Shown: positions 39,823 through 47,624 of the stretch, piece after piece
Layout of the letters: every line of letters begins with the position of its first letter
Numbering within the stretch: the stretch's first letter is position 1
Source of the DNA: a virus
Length of the DNA stretch: 64,000 nucleotides
IMG/VR virus record: IMGVR_UViG_3300044712_000991
Location: 96,001 to 160,000 of that record
Strand: one strand, 5' to 3'
Position numbers and translations under genes: made by a program
Notes under the pieces: model-generated
The model's database searches: none
Told to the model about the DNA's origin: nothing
Seen by the model: only the letters and a program-made list of their open reading frames with translations

Positions 39823-40422
39823 CTACTTCACGGCTTTCACGGACTCCACCGTGAACCGCCCGTGCTCGGGACGCCAGTCGCACAGACCGATCTCCCGCCC
39901 TGCGACCTCCACGAACTTCTTGATTGAGGCTTCATCCACGAGGTCGGGCATGAAGGTCACGGTGAACGTGAGCCCCCACCGTTTGAACTCGGGGCGGGTG
40001 CGCATCACGCTCGACTGCCCGATCTTGACAGCCACGCGGGACATGTTCATCCCTTCCGCGTACAGCTTCTTGATGTCCTTCGGACCATCGTAGTCCAGGA
40101 GGTTGTCCTCGTAGATGCCGAGGGCGGACTTCGCGGTCGGTCCCTGTTTTGACCGCTTGGCGGCGTTCACAATCATCGCCTTCAGGACATACCCCGGGAT
40201 GATGATTTGGTTCTTGGTGTTGAGGTACAGGCTAGCGAAGAACTCGATCCGCGCCATCTCCTCGTGGTCGTCATCCGTCTTCTGCTTCTTGCCCGAAACG
40301 GACTTGAGCTCCTTGGATGCCTTGGACAGCGGGTCTTTCAGCGCCACGCCGTTGTGCATGATGAGACTGTCCACACCTTCGATAACGAACTGCAATTTGC
40401 GAAGACCATTTTCGGTGGCCAT
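39823..40422 (-). CDS. Solitary RAMP/Cas7-like RNA-binding protein (Vipr-like, 199 aa)
   Basis: N-terminal beta strand FVIEG..LIMHN, IP..VLKA helix, V.IG.SSVMRTRP.F..W thumb-like segment, C-terminal G-loop AGREIGLCDWRPEHGRF; CAGGAG RBS. Recognised from family motifs, not by search. Confidence 0.65.
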   Translation of the reverse strand: MATENGLRKLQFVIEGVDSLIMHNGVALKDPLSKASKELKSVSGKKQKTDDDHEEMARIEFFASLYLNTKNQIIIPGYVLKAMIVNAAKRSKQGPTAKSALGIYEDNLLDYDGPKDIKKLYAEGMNMSRVAVKIGQSSVMRTRPEFKRWGLTFTVTFMPDLVDEASIKKFVEVAGREIGLCDWRPEHGRFTVESVKAVK

Positions 40423-40486
40423 GATTTGTTTCTCCTGTATGTGCATGTTGAACTTTGTAGGCAGTCCAACGAGGCCTGTTGATGCT

Positions 40487-40542
40487 CTACTACTGACATC
40501 TACCTCTCCAATTCACACGCTACCTCACCTCAACCGCGCCTT
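40487..40542 (-). repeat. Short degenerate pentamer run in the 5' leader of the Cas7-like gene
   Basis: Plus strand acctc-tccaa-ttcac-acgct-acctc-acctc-a-accgc-gcctt (5-nt phase). Confidence 0.55.
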
Positions 40543-40553
40543 AAGTGTACCAC

Positions 40554-40582
40554 AAGATACAAAATGAATTCTCGATTGTCAA
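40554..40582 (-). promoter_or_regulatory. sigma70-type promoter of the Cas7-like gene
   Basis: TTGACA-17 bp-TATCTT. Confidence 0.8.
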
Positions 40583-40608
40583 GTGCTATGCAGAAAAATC
40601 TTTGATGG

Positions 40609-41012
40609 GTACCTAATGACCGTACCAGACTCTACCTAACCCATCCGTGACCATCCAGACCCTACCCTGCCGAACCCATTGTACCTAATGACCACACCAG
40701 ACCTCTCCACGACAGACCGAGACTTGCCTCGCCTTGCCGTTCCGTACCGCTCCAGAACAGACCAAAAGTACCTAATGACCGTACCAATGCCCACCAAACC
40801 TTTCCCCTCCCAAACCAAACATGCCTTACCGGAACGACCCTTACCATATTCAAAACGTTTTTACTTAATATCCTTACCAGACCATTACAAAACTTGCCGA
40901 TCCACTCCTATCCAGACCAATCCTCACCGTTTGTACCTAATGACCACACCGAATCCTACCGCGCCTTTCCTTGCCGAACCCAGACCTAACACATCGCTCC
41001 GATCCCAACCTT
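40609..41012 (-). repeat. Five-unit non-coding array of NN-GGY pentamers, each unit closed by CATTAGGTAC (vrRNA-like guide array)
   Basis: Plus-strand GTACCTAATG at 40609, 40681, 40768 and 40933, with a degenerate TTACTTAATA at 40861, followed by 12, 15, 16, 12 and 14 in-phase pentamers (mostly ACC/GCC/TCC + NN). Confidence 0.9.
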
Positions 41013-41295
41013 ATTTTGAAACGCTCTTTGCCCTCATCGTCGCCCCCTGCGTCCGCACGGGACACACATGGATGTCCGCTCTCTCAATCGCTCGCAGACC
41101 ACCCTGCACGCGCTGCACAGGTGTGGGGATCACTTGCGACCTCTGAGGACGATGTACATGCGTGTGTGTACGCGCTTCTACAGGGCTCACGAGGATCACG
41201 CTCTTGCGGTACTTCCGCACCTCCTGGTACGCTTCCCGCGCAGAAAAAGATAGTGCGGGAATCACCTGGTTGGAGCACCGCGTCGTGCACCGCAT
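41011..41295 (-). CDS. Hypothetical basic protein (94 aa) ending at the array edge
   Basis: Fills the gap between the phosphoesterase and the array; weak support. Confidence 0.35.
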   Translation of the reverse strand: MRCTTRCSNQVIPALSFSAREAYQEVRKYRKSVILVSPVEARTHTHVHRPQRSQVIPTPVQRVQGGLRAIERADIHVCPVRTQGATMRAKSVSK

Positions 41296-41309
41296 TATCT
41301 TGCCTAGTT

Positions 41310-42119
41310 TCACAGGCGATGCTCCGTAGGGAACTGCGCCTTGATCCTGAATAGATGGGGTTGCCACGAGTACGACCCATCGGGCTCCACATCGAACGCC
41401 ACGGCACCGAAGTGCAGAAGGCCTGAACATCTGCGTCCCCCGTATTTCGACCCCGCTGCTTGGAGCGCAGGGAGGGTCATCGCCACGGCCATCCTGTCCT
41501 TGATGGGGAAGTACGCCGCCCCATGGTAGTGCACGTGCGATCTGCACAGGATGTCCGCCCGAGGAGCTTCACCAGCCACGAACTCGAAGAGATTCCACAT
41601 CAGTTCCTTCATCACGGGCGTGAGCCTCGTGTGGGGCAACGAGGAGTTGCCTACATGGTGTTTGAAGTTGAACTTCAGCCCGTTCACATCCAGACGAACA
41701 ACATCCTCCGCCGTGGCATTGAATGCCTTGGTCATCGTGGACTCGAAGTCCTCCGCATCTCCCACATGGTACCCTGTACCGTAGGCGAAGAAGTGCTGTT
41801 TGGCACGCGCTTGCCGGATGCACACACTCGCAATCTCTGCCTGTTTGAGTCTATCTGTCGTGATCTGCTCGGTTCCACCGCTACGCATACCTTGACCATC
41901 GATGGCATCCCCGTTGACCACGAGAGCATCGATGGGTTGCAGGTCATCCATAGTGACCACATACTTGTCCCACAGTTCGCGCCGGATGTTGTACACCTTG
42001 CGACCACCGAGGGCTTTTCCAGGATCGAACTGCGGTGGGGTGAGCCCCACGATGTGTCCGCAGTGCATGTCGCCAATGACAACGATGCGTTTGGTCTTCC
42101 GTTCTGTCGCTACCGCCAT
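41310..42119 (-). CDS. Calcineurin-like metallophosphoesterase
   Basis: GDMHCGH, NGDAIDG, GTGYH, KHH and RSHVH motifs. Confidence 0.85.
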   Translation of the reverse strand: MAVATERKTKRIVVIGDMHCGHIVGLTPPQFDPGKALGGRKVYNIRRELWDKYVVTMDDLQPIDALVVNGDAIDGQGMRSGGTEQITTDRLKQAEIASVCIRQARAKQHFFAYGTGYHVGDAEDFESTMTKAFNATAEDVVRLDVNGLKFNFKHHVGNSSLPHTRLTPVMKELMWNLFEFVAGEAPRADILCRSHVHYHGAAYFPIKDRMAVAMTLPALQAAGSKYGGRRCSGLLHFGAVAFDVEPDGSYSWQPHLFRIKAQFPTEHRL

Positions 42120-42138
42120 GGGTTTCCTTTCAAGTTGT

Positions 42139-42474
42139 TTACCACAGTCTGACCTGCATCCCCAATCGGGGTATGAAGTACAGCGGTTTCTCTGTCAGCG
42201 CCCGCTCCTGCCACATCTCGATCTCGACCCCCACCCCAATCCTGGGGTGCACCCAGTACTGCACCCACTGCTTGCTGTCGAACTGCCGAGCCCAGTACCA
42301 TGTGTAGGACGACCACACGAGGGTCGAGTCCTTCAGGGGTTGATAGTGCGAAAAGCCGAGCACGGGCATCCGCGAGGGGGTGTCGTAGTACAGTTCGAAC
42401 ACCCCGTACGAGGAACTCTCTTGAGCAACACCTACGACACTGCTGAGGATCAGCAACAGAAGGATGACCTTCAC
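42139..42474 (-). CDS. Secreted aromatic-rich beta protein, possibly outer-membrane (111 aa)
   Basis: Signal peptide MKVILLLLILSSVVGVA; alternating beta pattern ending in PRLGMQVRLW. Confidence 0.5.
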   Translation of the reverse strand: MKVILLLLILSSVVGVAQESSSYGVFELYYDTPSRMPVLGFSHYQPLKDSTLVWSSYTWYWARQFDSKQWVQYWVHPRIGVGVEIEMWQERALTEKPLYFIPRLGMQVRLW

Positions 42475-42695
42475 ACACCCTCCTTGGACGCATGCACAGC
42501 GTAGGGGAACAGGCCGTGTTCCAGGAGGCATACCGCTTCGGACTCATTCATGGTCTTCAGCAGAAGGGTTTCCTGTGCGTGGGTCACGGGGTTCAGCGAC
42601 CAGACCTCCCACATCTCTCCCGAGTAGCACAGCCTACGGTGCTCGAAGTCCACCCCTGCGTAGGGGTACATCTGAAGGAACTCTGCGGTGGTCAT
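42471..42695 (-). CDS. Hypothetical protein (74 aa)
   Basis: AGGAG RBS behind the promoter. Confidence 0.55.
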   Translation of the reverse strand: MTTAEFLQMYPYAGVDFEHRRLCYSGEMWEVWSLNPVTHAQETLLLKTMNESEAVCLLEHGLFPYAVHASKEGV

Positions 42696-42720
42696 GCTGT
42701 ATCTCCTGTGTGTATGTCAC

Positions 42721-42749
42721 AATATACAACATTCGGGACTGAAAGTCAA
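42721..42749 (-). promoter_or_regulatory. sigma70-type early promoter
   Basis: TTGACT-17 bp-TATATT. Confidence 0.8.
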
Positions 42750-43228
42750 GTGGTGGCTACGACCATAGTCGGGGCATCCACGAGCACCCCATGGGTATAC
42801 CACGCCCTCCTGTCGCTCTCCTCGACCGCTGGACCATCCTCACGGTGGAGTTCGCCTTGGAAGTACCACACACGGTCACCGTTGGGATACACCTGCGCAG
42901 GACCATCGGCGCGGTGCCGCACTCCGTTGACATACCACGCCTCGTACCCACACACGGCAGGTTCCTGCTCCTTGTTCGGTCGCGGAATTGGCCACGTAAC
43001 GGCCGGTCCATCTTCCCGGTGGCGCTTGCCATGCACGAACCACTCGCACTCGCCGTTCGAGAACTCTCGGGCGGGGCCATCGGTACGGTGGAGAAGATCG
43101 TCCCCATCGTAGTAGAATGTGCCTTCTTCGGTACGTACGCTGTAGCAGTAGTGCTCCATGGTTGTGGAGTACACCTGTTCGCCCGGGACAGCGCGATTTT
43201 CATTCAGGGGTCGGAGGGGGAAGGTCAT
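42746..43228 (-). CDS. HRxDGPA-repeat protein
   Basis: Four (L/R)HRxDGPA repeats with W-(F/Y)-x-x-G spacers. Confidence 0.75.
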   Translation of the reverse strand: MTFPLRPLNENRAVPGEQVYSTTMEHYCYSVRTEEGTFYYDGDDLLHRTDGPAREFSNGECEWFVHGKRHREDGPAVTWPIPRPNKEQEPAVCGYEAWYVNGVRHRADGPAQVYPNGDRVWYFQGELHREDGPAVEESDRRAWYTHGVLVDAPTMVVATT

Positions 43229-43719
43229 CGTGCACCCTCCATGGCGAGCTTGCGAAGCTCTGCGAGCGAGAGGTCGGCCATGTTCACAGGAGCGGGGGTC
43301 TGCGTGAGAGAACTCCGTGAAGTGAGAGCATCCGCCTCGGGGGTCAGGGAGGAGCACGCAGCGAACGGTACGAGAAACTCCCGACCATCACCGAAGTCCA
43401 CCACATACTTCGTCCTGCGTGCCGAGAGGATAGTCCCACGCCGATGTGCGGGGTTCGGGCTCTTTACCGCGACCTGCGTGCCACGCTTGGCCATCCCGAA
43501 CGAGATCATGTCCGTGGACACCTCTTTGGTCTTCACGAGCGACAACGGGAGCGCGAACACGCCCTTCGCCCGATACTCCTGATCATCGAACGACCCCGAG
43601 CCCGAGGAGTACACGAGACCGAACCGCTTGGCGACCTCGGTCAAGGCTTTGTCAACCTCGCTGTGAAGGAACTTCGCTGTCTGTCTGTCCATTTTCGTGA
43701 TTGCTGCGTGCTGTGCCAT
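43225..43719 (-). CDS. Hypothetical protein (164 aa)
   Basis: GAAAGGA RBS behind the promoter. Confidence 0.55.
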   Translation of the reverse strand: MAQHAAITKMDRQTAKFLHSEVDKALTEVAKRFGLVYSSGSGSFDDQEYRAKGVFALPLSLVKTKEVSTDMISFGMAKRGTQVAVKSPNPAHRRGTILSARRTKYVVDFGDGREFLVPFAACSSLTPEADALTSRSSLTQTPAPVNMADLSLAELRKLAMEGAR

Positions 43720-43746
43720 ACTCGGTGTCCTTTCTGTTGGTGCTAT

Positions 43747-43775
43747 AATATACATCGGGGATTTGTGAAAGTCAA
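43747..43775 (-). promoter_or_regulatory. sigma70-type early promoter
   Basis: TTGACT-17 bp-TATATT. Confidence 0.8.
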
Positions 43776-43816
43776 GAGAAATCTTAGCCCACAGGCTAAG
43801 AAAATGTGCTCAAATC

Positions 43817-44059
43817 TTAGGCTGTGACCTTCTTTTTGTGCTTGATGGCGATGTATCCGCACTTCGGGCGGGAGTAGCGGATGAGCCCCTTGGCCTTCAG
43901 GCGGGCGATGGCGTTGTACGTGGCATGCCGAGACATGAAGGAGTCCCAACCCTCACCCCTGGCGGTGTACGACCGGATGATCTCCAGGATGCGCTTCTCG
44001 TTCTCGACCATCGCTGCCTGAATCTTCTCGTACGCGCTGAGCTTCTTTGACCGTGCCAT
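43817..44059 (-). CDS. Small basic protein, possibly winged-helix (80 aa)
   Basis: Basic ORF behind the promoter; YNAIARLKAKGLIRY resembles a wHTH recognition helix and wing. Confidence 0.5.
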   Translation of the reverse strand: MARSKKLSAYEKIQAAMVENEKRILEIIRSYTARGEGWDSFMSRHATYNAIARLKAKGLIRYSRPKCGYIAIKHKKKVTA

Positions 44060-44087
44060 CTGCGTTAGCCTTTCAATTGGTAGTACA

Positions 44088-44116
44088 AATATACTACACG
44101 CCGAGTCCAAAGTCAA
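44088..44116 (-). promoter_or_regulatory. sigma70-type early promoter
   Basis: TTGACT-17 bp-TATATT. Confidence 0.8.
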
Positions 44117-44151
44117 GAACTATTTTGAGAATCTTCCCCCGGGGGGCATAG

Positions 44152-44188
44152 AAAAGCCCCGCCCCGTACAGATTGTACGGGGCGGGGC
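44152..44188 (-). terminator. Rho-independent terminator
   Basis: 15-bp stem GCCCCGCCCCGTACA/TGTACGGGGCGGGGC plus U-run. Confidence 0.85.
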
Positions 44189-44215
44189 AGTCAATCGATC
44201 GTTGTCGCCGGCCAT

Positions 44216-46159
44216 TCACTTGAGTGCCATCATCTTCACCGTCGTGCGACATCGTGATGGCCCCCCTGTGCCCGTGCCAAGTTCGAGCACTGCGATGTAC
44301 GTGCCTGTCGTAGGGGCAGTCCATCTGGCGGAGTAGGTTCCCAGAGCATGATGTACACCGTTGATCAGTACAGCCTCTCTGCCGAGGATGTCCACGACCT
44401 TCAGGGTCACGGACGCTCCCTCGGGTACCGCGTACTCGATGGTCGTCTCGGGGTTGAACGGATTGGGGTAGTTCCGCAGAGCAAACTGTGTGGGCTTCTG
44501 CGGGTCCTGTTCCACCGCCGTACCGTTCACGATCTGAAATGTCTTGTCCAACCACCCACCTCCATCGGTGAGTGCCGAGGGATAGGCTGTACTCTGCGAG
44601 TAGCAACCGATGGTCATCGAATACGATCCGTTGTGGGTAATGGTCGGGAAGAAGACCACCGTCCGTGTCTGCCCCGCCGTGTAGGGCTGTAGAGTGGAGT
44701 TCAGTACAATATCGTACGGAAGTTGCTGATCTCGATCCAGATAGATACTCACATACGAGGAGGTCGGGCTCACTGTACCAGGGTATGTCCCGTGCGTAAC
44801 ATCCGCCTCAATCCGCAGTTGGGTACCCGCCTGAATGAGGGCGTTCCCTCCTTCGGACAGGAGTTCGCCTGTCTGATTGTTGTACACCCGCTGCGTGGGC
44901 AGGAAGGGCGTGTTGTGGGTGTACGTGAGGTTCGTGGTCAGACCGGCCGCGATGGTCAGCGACCCCTGCCCCCAGTACTGCTCACCCCACGGAGTGATAC
45001 GGGCGTTGTACACCTTGTACGTGTAAGTCCCCGCAGCAAGTCCCTCGAAGATCGCCGTGGACTTTGCGTTCGCCCACTTGTCCTCCACAAGATCGCCGTT
45101 CGGAGCATAGAGTTTCACATGTGCCGATGGTCCAGCGAGCCCCCACGGGTCTTCCGCACGGAGGAGGATTTCAAGTCGCCCCTCGGTCACCATGGGAGCC
45201 ACGGGATACCGTGCGACCCCCTTGTTCCAGTTGGCGATGAACACGAACGTCCCGTTCGATTGGATGGCGTAGATGTCGTACCCCGTGAGCCCCTGATTAA
45301 GGAGTTCCCACGATGTGCCCCCATTGGTCGATCTATAGGCTCCACCGACAGCCCCCTGAGGGGTGTTCGCCATGTTCCCCGCGTAGAGCACCGAACCGTA
45401 TGCACCGAGGCACTGCACGTACGGGTTGACCACCCCCACGTTTGCCGAGCTCCAGTTCACACGGTTCGTGCATTTGAGAATCCCCATCGGGCCGAGATCG
45501 TTGCTGACGCCCGCGAAGACCGCCGAGCCCGTGGCGAGCATGTCCCACACATACTTCTTGCCGTTGTTTTCCCACAGCATCCAGTGCTGTCCATAGTCGC
45601 GGGAGATGAAGATGCCCCCGTTGTCTCCTCCGAACGTACCGACGTACATGTCCGTCCCCTGCACAACGAGGGAGAAGGCGTTGGTGTTCATCAGTCGCCC
45701 ATTCGAGCCATCGGAGAACAGAGCACCGTTAGAGAACGACCACGTCGCTCCGTTGTTGGTGGACTTCTGCACCCCTCCCGATCCTGCGACAAACAATGAA
45801 CCATTGATCTTGGTAATTGCCCTGACCTGTGTATTGAGCATGGATGTCCACGAAGTCCCGTTGTCCGATGAACGCTTCACGCCATCAGTGTGCATCGCGT
45901 ACACCACACCGTCGATGACCTCCAGACCATGACAGAACTCGTTGCCGGGGGTCTTCTGCCACGCGCCACCCTGGTTTGATGACCGGAAGACCCCACTGTT
46001 GGTCGCCGCGAACACGTAGTCCCCGTTGAAGCCGATGTCGTATGTGTAGGCTGAGGTCAGCCCCGATGTGACGTACTCCCACTGCTGTGCTCTCCCCAGG
46101 GACACTCCGCAGAACAGCAGGAGGATCGAGAGGATGATGCTCAGGTTACGCTTCTTCAT
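44216..46159 (-). CDS. Secreted BNR/Asp-box beta-propeller protein with T9SS type-A C-terminal sorting domain (647 aa)
   Basis: Signal peptide MKKRNLSIILSILLLFCGVSLGRA-Q; repeated S.N.G..W Asp-boxes; C-terminal NYPNPFNPETTIEY...LKVVDILGRE...KMMALK. Confidence 0.85.
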   Translation of the reverse strand: MKKRNLSIILSILLLFCGVSLGRAQQWEYVTSGLTSAYTYDIGFNGDYVFAATNSGVFRSSNQGGAWQKTPGNEFCHGLEVIDGVVYAMHTDGVKRSSDNGTSWTSMLNTQVRAITKINGSLFVAGSGGVQKSTNNGATWSFSNGALFSDGSNGRLMNTNAFSLVVQGTDMYVGTFGGDNGGIFISRDYGQHWMLWENNGKKYVWDMLATGSAVFAGVSNDLGPMGILKCTNRVNWSSANVGVVNPYVQCLGAYGSVLYAGNMANTPQGAVGGAYRSTNGGTSWELLNQGLTGYDIYAIQSNGTFVFIANWNKGVARYPVAPMVTEGRLEILLRAEDPWGLAGPSAHVKLYAPNGDLVEDKWANAKSTAIFEGLAAGTYTYKVYNARITPWGEQYWGQGSLTIAAGLTTNLTYTHNTPFLPTQRVYNNQTGELLSEGGNALIQAGTQLRIEADVTHGTYPGTVSPTSSYVSIYLDRDQQLPYDIVLNSTLQPYTAGQTRTVVFFPTITHNGSYSMTIGCYSQSTAYPSALTDGGGWLDKTFQIVNGTAVEQDPQKPTQFALRNYPNPFNPETTIEYAVPEGASVTLKVVDILGREAVLINGVHHALGTYSARWTAPTTGTYIAVLELGTGTGGPSRCRTTVKMMALK

Positions 46160-46205
46160 TGATGTATCTCCTTGTGGATGATGGTACCCGCTTGAACTTG
46201 GTTGC

Positions 46206-46234
46206 AATATACATACAGAAAATCGAAAAGTCAA
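46206..46234 (-). promoter_or_regulatory. sigma70-type early promoter of the T9SS cargo gene
   Basis: TTGACT-17 bp-TATATT. Confidence 0.8.
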
Positions 46235-46241
46235 ATCGTGC

Positions 46242-47591
46242 TCACTGCGGAAAGCCACACCTATCGTGGAATTCCTGGACTCGCTCATCGAAGATGATGT
46301 CCTCGAACACCAACGGGCGGCTCAGTCGTAGACCGGCCATGGTGGTGCACCTGCTGAGAGCCACATAGACCTGTCCGTGAGCGAACGCACCCTTACCGAA
46401 GTCCACGATCACCCTCTCGAAGGTCTTGCCCTGCGCCTTATGGATGGTCACCGCCCACCCGAGTTTGATGGGCAACTGGGTGAAACTCCCCACGGAGGTC
46501 GCCCTCAGATGTCGGCCATCCATGGTGTACGCGTACTTGTCCCACTTCATGCTCTCCACCTGCACAACAGAGCCCTCGATGTCCACCCCAACCCAACTCT
46601 GTCCCAACTCCACGACCGTACCGATACTGCCGTTCACGAACGCCCCTCCGGGGTCGTTGCGTACGAGCATCACCTGCGCACCCACGCGAAGCTTCAGGAA
46701 CTCATCCGTAGGATGCTGCTTGTTCTCGTAGAACTGCCCACTGATGGTCGCTCTGTACAGGCGCTCGGGCATCGGGAGTCTGCGCAGTTGCTGGGTGTTG
46801 ATGGACTCCGCGATGCTGTTTGTGGCGGTGAGCATGATGGGCTCTGCCGCGACCCCTGGAGGAAACTGCGCATCATTCCAGTCCACTTTGAGACTGCACC
46901 GCCGATTCAGCAGATCAATGTCCTCCTGCTCAACCTGCCGATTGCGGATACGGTTCAGAATCTCCAGGAACTCGGGGTCGTTCTGTTGCCGGAAGGCCGT
47001 GGTGAGCATCGCGGCCTGAAACGGGGTGTCCCGCACACAGTTCGCGTCGAAGAAGAACGGGGAGGCATAACGCTCTTCCAAGAACTTCTGTGCCACCCCC
47101 TTCACCACGGGCGGAAGTTGGCAGAGGTCTCCGAAGACAATGAGTTGCACCCCACCGAACTGCTTGTCGGGCTCATCGCGATGCATGCGCAGACTCTTGT
47201 CTATGCAGTCCAGGACATCCGCCCTGACCATACTGATCTCATCGATGATGAGCGTGTCGAGTTCCTCCATCTTCTCCCGTAGAGAGTAGTGGTACTGCAC
47301 ATCCGCCTCGGGATCGAGCACCTCCTGCACGGGGAATCTGAAGAAGGAGTGGATGGTCGCGCCCCCGACGTTCAGCGCCGCGACCCCCGTGGGAGCCACG
47401 ACAGCCGTGACCCGCGTACTCAGCACTTCCTCCAACAAGTGACGGAGAAGCGTGGACTTGCCCGTACCCGCGTTGCCCGTGACAAACACATTCGGGAAGT
47501 CCTCCCTCTCCACGAGCTGGATGACCTCCTGGTACTCGGGGGTGATGATGATGTTCGTGGGTTTCTCCATTTCCATTTCAACGGTGGACAT
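46242..47591 (-). CDS. PIF1/RecD-like SF1B DNA helicase
   Basis: GNAGTGKS, DEISM, GDLCQLPP, AVTIHKAQG and YVALSR motifs. Confidence 0.92.
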   Translation of the reverse strand: MSTVEMEMEKPTNIIITPEYQEVIQLVEREDFPNVFVTGNAGTGKSTLLRHLLEEVLSTRVTAVVAPTGVAALNVGGATIHSFFRFPVQEVLDPEADVQYHYSLREKMEELDTLIIDEISMVRADVLDCIDKSLRMHRDEPDKQFGGVQLIVFGDLCQLPPVVKGVAQKFLEERYASPFFFDANCVRDTPFQAAMLTTAFRQQNDPEFLEILNRIRNRQVEQEDIDLLNRRCSLKVDWNDAQFPPGVAAEPIMLTATNSIAESINTQQLRRLPMPERLYRATISGQFYENKQHPTDEFLKLRVGAQVMLVRNDPGGAFVNGSIGTVVELGQSWVGVDIEGSVVQVESMKWDKYAYTMDGRHLRATSVGSFTQLPIKLGWAVTIHKAQGKTFERVIVDFGKGAFAHGQVYVALSRCTTMAGLRLSRPLVFEDIIFDERVQEFHDRCGFPQ

Positions 47592-47624
47592 TCGACCTCA
47601 GTATGCTATTGAGTAGATGTTTGA

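Noticed and set aside
40609-41012. Canonical CRISPR array or TIGR array
   Set aside because: The constant element is only ~10-13 nt and non-palindromic, and the intervening sequence is itself 5-nt periodic rather than a unique spacer. No cas1/cas2 and no box C/D-type 36-nt units were seen.
40636-41146. ORFs over the pentamer array (40636-40818 -, 40662-40853 -, 40679-41146 +)
   Set aside because: They are low-complexity translations of a 5-nt periodic sequence with no RBS; 5-nt periodicity is incompatible with codon structure.
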